Of a DNA stretch of 64,000 bases, positions 54,913 to 64,000 are shown piece by piece; the stretch's first letter is position 1; every line of letters starts with the position of its first letter. Position numbers and translations under genes: made by a program. The DNA is from Octopus sinensis (Eukaryota): positions 1 through 64,000 of the forward strand of contig NW_021833297.1 in assembly GCF_006345805.1 (NCBI RefSeq), read 5' to 3'. The notes below the pieces were generated by a model. It saw only the letters and a program-made list of their open reading frames with translations. It searched no databases and was not told where the DNA came from.

Positions 54913-55214
54913 TCAGGAATAAAAGCGATCCATGCTACCACCTAGAAAAGAATTATGGAAGTTGCTGCCCAACGTTCCTCCATTGGCTTGGGCCAAAGCG
55001 ATTCTCTGCGACTTCACACCTTCTCCCAGCATTTTATAGGAATTCGCCATCATCATGTACGCTTTGAATTGATTGTACATAGATTTAGTCAGCAGTTCTT
55101 CTAGCATTTTCTTCTTGTTGTCATTTTTCGAGTCGGATTTTCCGCCATGTCCGCGATCCATACCGCTACGCCAAAAAGAATCTGGTCCATCGTTGTTCCA
55201 TCTTTTGTCACCGT
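54913..55214 (-). CDS. Terminal coding exon 2b of a secreted prohormone-like precursor
   Basis: Acceptor aaatttaacag|AC (phase 1). Encodes (D)GDKRWNNDGPDSFWRSGMDRGHGGK...KKKMLEELL...SFLGGSMDRFYS*. Frame and stop position are conserved with the paralog. Confidence 0.72.
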
Positions 55215-55638
55215 CTGTTAAATTTTATTGAAAAATACAATAATAATAATAATAATAATAATTATAATAATAATAATAATAATAATAATGACAATAATAA
55301 CAATAATAATAATAACAATAATAATAATAATAATAATAATAATATTGATGATGATCATGATGATCATGATAATAAAATAATAATAATAATAATATAATAA
55401 TAACGATTTCAAATTTTGGCCACAAGGGCTGATTGGTGGAAGGGATTAACTTGATTACATCGATGCTGGTTCGTTACGGTACTTATTGAATAAGTACCCC
55501 GAAAGGATGGAAAGCAAGGTCGACTTCGGCGGAATTTGAACTCAGAATACGCAGGCGGACAAAATATCGCTAAGCATTTTGCCCGGTATGCTAACGATCC
55601 TATCAATTTGCTGTCTTAATAACAACAACAACAACAAC

Positions 55639-55695
<57 letters not shown>

Positions 55696-55937
55696 CCTTT
55701 TTACTAAAAGCACAATTTCTGAAATTTGGTAGAAGAGGACTAGTCTATTATATTGACCCCAGCGTTTCACTAGTATTTAATTTTTCGACCCTGAAAAGGT
55801 GTAAGGCAAAATCGACTTTGGTGTAATTTGAACTCAGAAAGTAGCGACGGGCGAAATGCCGGGAAATATTCTACCGACTCACCACCTTATAAATTAAATT
55901 TAAATAATAAAAACAAAGAGCATGAATATTTAACGGT

Positions 55938-55943
55938 TTTATT
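55938..55943 (-). terminator. Putative poly(A) signal AATAAA of the proximal terminal exon
   Basis: Same position relative to the paralogous 3' UTR. Confidence 0.6.
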
Positions 55944-56070
55944 TCATTCCGTTTCTACTTTTACTTTATAGATATGTATGTTTATTGATTTTCTTTACAT
56001 CTTCCTTATATCCCAATCGACTACTGAAACACATTAGTCTGTGTCACAGGAATATGTCTTCATGTAACGT

Positions 56071-56369
56071 TTAGGAATAAAAGCGATCCATGCTACCACC
56101 TAGAAAAGAATTATGGAAGTTTCCGCCTAACGTTCCTCCATTGGCTTGGGCCAAAGCGATTCTCTGCAACTTCACACTTTCTCCCAGCATTTTATAGGAA
56201 TTCGCCATCATCATGTACGCTTTGAATTGAGCGTACATAGATTTAGTCAGCAGTTCTAGCATTTTCCTTTTATGGTAACTTTTCGATTCGGATTTTCTGC
56301 CGTGGTCACGGTCCATATCACTATGCCAAAAAGAACCTGGTCCATCGTTGTTCCATCTTTTGTCACCAT
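56071..56369 (-). CDS. Terminal coding exon 2a of a secreted prohormone-like precursor
   Basis: Acceptor aaatttaacag|AT (phase 1). Encodes (D)GDKRWNNDGPGSFWHSDMDRDHGRK...KRKMLELL...SFLGGSMDRFYS*. Confidence 0.75.
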
Positions 56370-56396
56370 CTGTTAAATTTAATAATAATAATAATC

Positions 56397-56469
<73 letters not shown>

Positions 56470-56470
<1 letters not shown>

Positions 56471-56925
56471 GAGTGAGAGAGCAGTTCATGCCATCAAAGT
56501 GACACTGGGGTAAAATATACCAAGCCCAGTATACCCATCATGACTACCTGTCTGATAAGGGTACACTAGGCACTTGCATCACAACCATATGTGCGCGACA
56601 TGGTGCTCTCATATCAAGATAAACAGCACATGACCTTGCAGGTGGGGCCCAGTTAGAATTTTCTTCTGGTCAAGTAACCCATTCCGCTCAAAAGGTCCTT
56701 GAATAAGGGTGGTTTAAGGATGTTGAACGAAACACCCATGTTTCCAGAGGTGAATTATTCAAACCCCAAAGAACCCATCTCAACACATGCCATGATGCTC
56801 CCCCACTACTTCTGCTCGTGATCAGAGATGCACATATCATCAGCCACTAAGGGACATGTTCAACTGGTTAAGGCCAAACAACTGACAAGCAAATCTGTGG
56901 TATTGAGCAGAATATTTACTGTAGC
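56470..56925. repeat. Family D interspersed repeat in (ATT)n
   Basis: Homologous to 49445-49995. Confidence 0.85.
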
Positions 56926-56938
56926 CCTATTATCATTA

Positions 56939-56992
<54 letters not shown>

Positions 56993-57351
56993 ATAATAAT
57001 AATAATATAATGATAATAATATTAAAGGTGAAAAATTGAATAATAATTTGATTAATATCAATTTAAAACCAGTGGTGTAGCATATAGAAAATTCTGAAGA
57101 TTCACAAAAATTATATTACATACATATAAGGTGAATGACCTGTAAGTGGACATCCATTACGCTAGAAGAAGATCCGCTTTGGCCTTACCACAAAGAAAGG
57201 AATGTTCTCAAGAAAATTTAGCAAATGCCTTCTAGCGTTTGGTATATTTTCTTGAGAACATTCTTTTCTTAGTGGTAAGACCATAGGGGGTCGACGGTCG
57301 ACTTCTAGCATATGGATGTCCATATAGTGGTCATCCCTCTTATATATATGT

Positions 57352-57541
57352 ATAGGGGGAATTCACGAAAAACAAAAGACGAAGACAGGTGTTATAGAAA
57401 ACAAATAGATGTATTAGTATAACGCTCAGGAATTGAAAAAAGTCTTTAACGTTTCGAGCCTACGCTCTCCCACAGAAAGTAACAATGAGAGAAACAAAGA
57501 GACAAAAAATGTGGGTAGTGGCTACCGATCTATCATGGCGA
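57352..57541 (-). repeat. Family F pLTR-like element
   Basis: Homologous to 48808-48993; a more diverged relative follows at ~57635-57830. Confidence 0.7.
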
Positions 57542-57561
57542 ATATATATATATACATACAT

Positions 57562-57620
<59 letters not shown>

Positions 57621-58059
57621 ATATATACATGGTTCAAAGGTACAGAAGACAAAAGACAAAGACAGGTGAGGGAACAATAAGTAGCTAAATCAGTTTGACT
57701 GAAGCGAGAAATGGAAGGGTCTTTGACTCTTCGACGCTGCGCTCTTCATTAGAAAGCGACGAGGGGAAATAGAGAGAAAAAAAAACAGCGCAGGGAGAAA
57801 AAATGCGTCGGGCTTAAAGGTTAGGCATGCTGGAATGCTGAACAGAAGACAAAAGAGAGAAAATAGCAAATTTATTAACTTATGAAATGTATACGAACTT
57901 TGAAAGTTCGAAAAGTTCAGAGGGTACAAGAAGTGGTAGATTTGTATATTTATCAACAACAATATATATATATGTAGATATATGTGCGTGTGTGTGCGTG
58001 TATACATATATATGTTTATATACATGCATATATATACATATATACGTATGTGTATGTAT

Positions 58060-58106
<47 letters not shown>

Positions 58107-58144
58107 TATATATATATATATAATATATATATATAATATATATA

Positions 58145-58197
<53 letters not shown>

Positions 58198-58210
58198 CAT
58201 ACATACATAA

Positions 58211-61200
58211 TGTTCGTCCTTCGGTTCGAAGATGACCAACTGACATCATCTGATGGAACTGCCGCCATGAGACCGGAGGTGGCTGGTGAGGCCAATCCGG
58301 GCAAGGAAGCCCCTCCCACAGGTGGGGCAGAAGTGGGTAGGGGCCGTGCTACTGGTGCAGGCGGCTCTGGCTTTACGCATCTGACGTTTCTGCTCCGCTG
58401 ACCGAATCCGTCCCTCCTCGGCTGTCCCTGCTCCCACGGTGATTGCGCTGCGCCAGGATGAGCGGTTGGCAGCAAGTGTCTCCCAGGTCTCTGTTCCGAT
58501 GGAGAAGTCTTTGAGAGAGACCTTGAGACTATCCTTGTAGCGCTTCTTCTGCCCTCTGACTTTGCGCCTGCCCTGGCCGAGTTCACCGTAGAAGAGCTGT
58601 TTTGGGATGCGAGTGTCGGACATGCGGGAGACGTGGCCCGCCCATCTCAGCTGGGCCTTGCGCATGATTGTGATGGTGCTAGGGAGATCTGCCTGCTTCA
58701 GAACTTCCGTGTCTGGGACTTTGTCCTGCCAGCGGATGTGAAGGAGGTTCCGAAGACACCTGAGATGGAAGTGGTTTATCTGGCGCTCGTGCCTTCGGTA
58801 AGCAGTCCACGTCTCGCAGCCGTATAGTAGGGTGGTAAGCACGACTACCCGGTAGACTTTCAGCTTGGTGTTGAGGCTGATTCCTCTCCGCTCCCAGACT
58901 TTCTTTCGCAGTCTCCCAAACGCGCTGCTTGCCTTGGAGATTCTGTTGGTGGTTTCAGCATCTATGTTGGCATTGCAGGAGAGAGTGCTGCCCAGGTAGG
59001 TGAAGTTTTCCACCACTCGTAGGATCCGTCCGTTCACCCTTATCTGAGGCTCATGGTATTGTTTGTCGGGGGCTGGCTGAAACATCACTTCGGTTTTCTT
59101 GGCACTGATGGTGAGACCGAAGTTGTCACAGGCTGATGAGAACCTGTCCATCTCGAGCTGCATCTCCTGCTCATCGATTGCATTAAGGGCGCAGTCGTCA
59201 GCAAAGAGAAAGTCTCTGACGACTGTCTCCCTCACCTTTGTGACAGCCTGCAATCTTCTGGAGTTGAAAAGTTTCCCGTCTGTCCTGTACTTGATGTCGA
59301 TACCGGACTTGCAGTCCCTAAAGGCGTCGGACAGCATTGCCGAGAACATGATGCTGAACAGTGTTGGGGCCAGGACACAGCCCTGCCTGACTCCGTTGGT
59401 CACCTGGAAGGCTTCAGATGAGTTGCCGTCTTCAAGGACTCTGGCTGTCATTCCGTCGTGGAACTGGCGGACAATTGCAATAAATTTGCTGGGGCAACCA
59501 AATTTTCCCATGACCTTCCATAGTCCCTCCCGACTGACTGTATCAAAGGCCTTGGTGAGGTCAACAAAGGTCATGCAGAGGTCAAGGTGCTGCTCCATGC
59601 ATTTCTCTGGAGCTGGCGAGCGGCGAATATCATGTCAGTGGTCCCTCGACCCGCGCGAAGCCACACTGGCTCTCAGGGAGAAGGTCTTGCTCCAAGTGTT
59701 CCAGAAGGCGGTCAAGCAGGACCCGGGCCAGATCTTGCCTGCTATGGACAAGAGGGAGATACCTCGGTGGTTGTCGCAGGACTGCCGATCTCCTTTCCGC
59801 TTATAAATGTGGACGATTGTTGCGTCCCGTAAATCTTGAGGGAGTTGTTCCCTGTCCCACATCGACTGGAACAGGCTGGTGAGCTGACTGATCATGGTGG
59901 GGCCGCCCGACTTGAACACCTCTGCAGGGATGGCGTCAGAGCCTGGAGCTTTGCCGGTGGACATTTTTTTGATGGCTCTGCTCACTTCCTCGACTGCAGG
60001 GGGAACAGCCAACTCGTGGTCTGTCGGCACCTTGGGGAGTCGTGCGATGGCTTCCTCGTTGATCTGGGCTGGTCGGTTGAGCACGATGTTGAAATGCTCC
60101 GCCCATCTCTCCAGAATCAGCCTCTTGTTAGTCAGGAGTGAGGTTCCATCCGAGCTGAGCAGGGGGGTTGATCCAAAGGAGAACTGCGGTCCATAGACAG
60201 CTTTCAGCGCCTCGTAGAATTTCTTGGTGTCGTGTTTGTCTGCGTATCCCTGAATCTCATCCGCCTTGGCGCTTAACCATGCGTCTTGCATGAGGCGGAG
60301 TTTAGCCTGGACTGTGCTGCGAATGTTGTTGAAAGCAGCCTTCTTTGCCGTGCAGGTGGTGTCATTTTGGTGAGCCCGCAGCAGACGGCGTTTCTCTTCC
60401 AGGAGCTTTTGGATTTCCTGGTCGTTTTCGTCGAACCAGTCCTGGTGGTTCCTCGTAACTTGGCCCAGAGTTTCAAGGGCGATGAATGAACCGTGTCCCT
60501 GAATGATTCCCACTGCTCATCGATGCTGGACTGGTCACTCCGAATGTCCAACAGCTTGCTGTCCATACGTGACTGGAGATCTTGTGCAGTCAGCTGGTTC
60601 TTTAATTTCGTGATGTTAAGCTTCCTCGTCACTTTCTGACCCTGTGGTCTTCTCTTAGGTCGGATGTAGAAATCCATCCTGGAGATGATGAGCGATGGTC
60701 CGTCCAGCAGTCAGCTCCGCACATGGCTTTGACCAGTCTCACGTCCCGCCTGTCTTTCGCCCTGACGATGACGTAATCTATCAGATGCCAGTGTTTGGAG
60801 CGTGGATGCATCCATGATGTCTTGTTGCGTGTTGGCAGACGGAACAAGGTGTTGGCGATGGTAAGATCATGAGAGGCACACGCACGCAGGATTAGCTGCC
60901 CGTTGCTGTTGCACTTTCCGATTCCTTGCTTTCCCAGTACGCGATGCCAGGCTTGGTGGTCAGTCCCGACACGGGCGTTAAAATCCCCAAGGAGGATGAG
61001 AACCTGTCCTTAACTTCTTCAGGGTTGGTCATGGTGGGGGCGTAAGCACTGATGATGGTCGCACTAGTCTTGTTTCCAAGTGGGAGCTGCATCTTCATCA
61101 GCCGATCGTTGATACCCTCGGGGGGGGGCTTTCCAGTTTACGCACGTGTACTGACTTAATGGCAAAACCAACACCAGCCTCACGACGCTCTTCGCTGCTG

Positions 61201-62115
61201 CGACCACTCCAAAAGAAAGTGTAGCCGCCGCCTGTCTCTGTCAGCTGGCCTTTGTCCGCAAGGCGGGTCTCGCTCAGTGCTGCAATATCGACATTGTATC
61301 GGCTCAGTTCTCTGGCCACCAGGGCAGTTCGTCTCTCTGGTCTGTCCGCTTTGGTGTTGTCAAGCAGAGTTCTCACGTTCCAAGTTGCGAAAGTGAGCAC
61401 CTTTGTTTGTTTTCTTCTTTCTTTGTTTCGACCGCTTGGAAAGGATCCCCGCCAGCCGCGGTTTGCTGACCAGGGTGAGGTGAGGCAGGCTATGTTTAGG
61501 GCAACCTTTTCTAGCCCCGTCCTCATGCTGGGGAGGCGAGCAGAGCGATCCTGAAGAGGGCTGCTCGGTCACTCAGGAGGCTGCCGGACTCCACTGCTGC
61601 CTCAGTTCAGTGAGGGGCGACCACATGTCCTGAGCCGCCTGTGTGTGGGTTCATGACTGCAGCTCCCAGTGTATCCTCACCTGCTACTTCGCCGTTTCCC
61701 CATCGCCACAGGACTTTGGGATGGTGTCATGACGTCATGATGTCGTGACATGCGTGTGAATTGGATTATAGTGAGGGTGACTTGCGAAGGATCAGCCTCA
61801 CTCTCTCGTCCTGGTGCGCCGGATCCAGTGGCAAGACAAAGTCAAGACGACTGGGGGTAGACCAAGATGCAGGAGCTGCCGGAAGGTGGCACGCATGGCG
61901 CAATCCAACCTCCTTAGGGGCTCCACTCCGGATTTTGACTCGTGAGAGAGTTCCTCTGCCCTTTGACAGGTTTTGTTTTTAGTCCTGCTGGGTGTCCAAA
62001 TCACCCTCCTCACCAAGAAATCTTGGTGGGGTTGCCAGTTTAGTCGCCAACGACCCGACCATGTAATAGGTTGTACTGGGTTACATGTTACCAGTAGCTC
62101 CAAGCGGAGACCTGA
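58211..62115 (-). mobile_element. RTE-clade (BovB-like) LINE, near full length
   Basis: APE endonuclease (ATWNVRTL, AALSETR, SAYAPT, WMHPRSKHWHLIDY), RT (FVDLTKAFD, GVRQGCVLAPTLF, FADD, YLGS) and C-terminal CPTC...H..SH. 3' end ggtcatcttcgaaccgaaggacgaaca. The ORF is broken by frameshifts and a short deletion near 61000. Clearly more GC-rich than the flanks. Confidence 0.96.
58246..59598 (-). pseudogene. RTE reverse transcriptase domain and C-terminus (largest intact segment)
   Basis: 450-aa ORF with the RT motifs above. Confidence 0.9.
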
Positions 62116-62169
62116 CATAAACATACATACATACATACATACACACATACATGAAATATATATATGCAT

Positions 62170-62337
62170 ATAGACGACGGGCTTCTTGCAGTTTGCGTCT
62201 ACCAAATCCACTCTCAAGGCTTTGTCTCACCCGAGGCTATAGTAGAAGACACTTGCCCAAGGTGCCGCGCAGTGGAACTGAACCCGGAACCATGTAGTTG
62301 GTAAGCAAGCTACTTACCACAAAGTCACTCTTGCGCC

Positions 62338-62340
<3 letters not shown>
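62170..62340 (-). mobile_element. SINE family B, 5' part
   Basis: Reverse-complement match. Confidence 0.88.
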
Positions 62341-62382
<42 letters not shown>

Positions 62383-62386
<4 letters not shown>

Positions 62387-62600
62387 CTTTACTGCCCAGA
62401 AGGGGCTAAACATAGAGGGGACAAACAAGGACAGACGAAGGGATTGAGTCGATTATATCGCCCCCAGCGCTAAACTAGTACTTTATTTATCGACCCCGAA
62501 GGGATGAAAGGCAAAGTTGACCTCGCGGAATTTGAACTCAGAACGTAACGACAGACGAAATACCGCTAAGCATTTCGCCCGGCACGCTAACGTGTCTGCC
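62383..62600 (-). mobile_element. SINE family A
   Basis: Reverse-complement match. Confidence 0.9.
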
Positions 62601-62612
62601 ATAGATAGATAA

Positions 62613-62677
<65 letters not shown>

Positions 62678-62705
62678 GAGATAGATAGATATATACATAC
62701 ATACG

Positions 62706-62738
<33 letters not shown>

Positions 62739-62991
62739 AAATATATATATTATACATTACATTCTGCGGATTCTCGATAAGAAATTTGCTCCACCGTCTA
62801 ATCATTTTCAGGTATTTATTGATATATGTGTGTGTATTTGTGTGGGCGCGTGTGTTTGTGTGTGGGTGTTTGTGTCTTTCTGTCTCTTTATCTGCCTGAC
62901 TGTATGAATTATGCATCTAATTCTCTACTTGTGCTCTTGTGCATGTATATATATATACATATGTATTTGTGTGTGTGTGTCTGTGTGTGTT

Positions 62992-63046
<55 letters not shown>

Positions 63047-63168
63047 GTGTATGTATATAACTATAGATATATATGTATGTATGTATGTATGTATTTATGT
63101 TTGCATGTATGTACATGTAAGCATATTGATACATCCTAACGCACATACAAACGGGAAATATAACTTAC

Positions 63169-63250
63169 CGTATCCCCCTAAGAAGTCGAATGCTTCAGAT
63201 GTCAGCACAGACGCAGCTAGAAAGCAGAACACAATGCTTAACGAGTTCAT
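63169..63250 (-). CDS. First coding exon: signal peptide MNSLSIVFCFLAASVLTSEA + FDFLGGY
   Basis: ATG at 63250, hydrophobic core and S-E-A (-3/-1) cleavage pattern. Consensus donor TACG|GTAAGT is phase 1, matching both downstream acceptors. Confidence 0.75.
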
Positions 63251-63317
63251 ACTGAGAGCAGTGTTGATTGTATTCGAACCAATGGACGAATGATGGATAA
63301 CGATGCGATTATAACTG

Positions 63318-63325
63318 TATTTATA
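63318..63325 (-). promoter_or_regulatory. TATA box (TATAAATA)
   Basis: 31-34 nt upstream of initiator-like ccAtcAttc (63294/63291) and ~75 nt upstream of the ATG. Confidence 0.6.
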
Positions 63326-64000
63326 ATAGTTACGCAATAATAGTTAGATTAAACAATATTAGCAGGTAATTCCTGCTAGACAAAATATAGATATGATAAT
63401 ATATGCAGGAGATTAATCTCGGACAGGTGAGTCAACAAAGCAGATGGTACTTTGTTGGTAATGGAGTATATACAAACACGTTGATAGATCGGTTGGGAGA
63501 AGATTTGAAGAAAACAGACGATCAGATTGTAGTGGTTGGAGATTGAACAAAAACAGACGATAAACAAAAAGGAAAGCGAACAATGGGGAAGGAGAAACGA
63601 GGACAAATTTAAGAGTGAAGGAGAGAAAAACTGAGGTTAGGGGACCACGGGAACTAAAGTCTTTTGTAAATAATATCCCATCATGTAGTTTAAATTGTAA
63701 ATACAAAAAAAACTGTTCACGGCATTTAACATTATATACACTAATTGATAGTTACGGATAATTTCTTCTGCTTATTTTTGTTTTAACTGGCATTGTTATA
63801 TTTTGCTACATGTGTGAGGTAAATGATCCACGAGGGTTGCAGTTTGTTGCTGAATGTAGGTCGCAACAACTGAGTCATCTGCAAGTAAGGTGTCGCTGAT
63901 AAGCGATTTGTAGATTTTGGTTTTTCGTTTTGACATTGAAAAAATTGTAAAGTCTATTTTCGGATCTAATGTACAGGTAAGCTCTCCCTCTCTCTCTCAC

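Noticed and set aside
54913-56369. Assignment as reflectin, FLGamide or FCAP precursor
   Set aside because: MDR and FLGG similarities are superficial: there are no repeated M/FD(X)5MD reflectin motifs and no multi-copy FLG-GKR or LDSLGG peptides.
59099-60489. Plus-strand ORFs over the RTE element
   Set aside because: Antisense shadows of the GC-rich RTE coding sequence.

Overview
This is AT-rich, microsatellite-saturated animal genomic DNA. The SINE, LINE and Penelope repertoire suggests an octopus-like cephalopod (inference). Most ORFs in the supplied track are translations of (TA)n, (TCTA)n or (ATT)n repeats. Mobile elements: decayed mariner and Tc1 copies, a hAT MITE, two non-autonomous Helitrons, a CR1-type LINE 3' end, an RLE-type (R4/Dong-like) LINE fragment, a Penelope-like GIY-YIG remnant with long inverted termini, a near full-length GC-rich RTE LINE, and many copies of three tRNA-derived SINE families. 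Two features stand out. (1) At 1.55-4.24 kb, a ~597-bp tandem array has a type I hammerhead ribozyme in each unit, with an unusually long stem II (retrozyme-like). About a dozen further hammerhead or hammerhead-like motifs are scattered through the window. (2) A minus-strand host gene is missed by the ORF track: a TATA box and signal-peptide exon (63169-63250) can be spliced in phase 1 to either of two tandemly duplicated terminal exons (56071-56369, 54913-55214). It encodes 126/127-aa prohormone-like precursors with conserved basic cleavage sites. All structures and alignments were read by eye; no searches were run.
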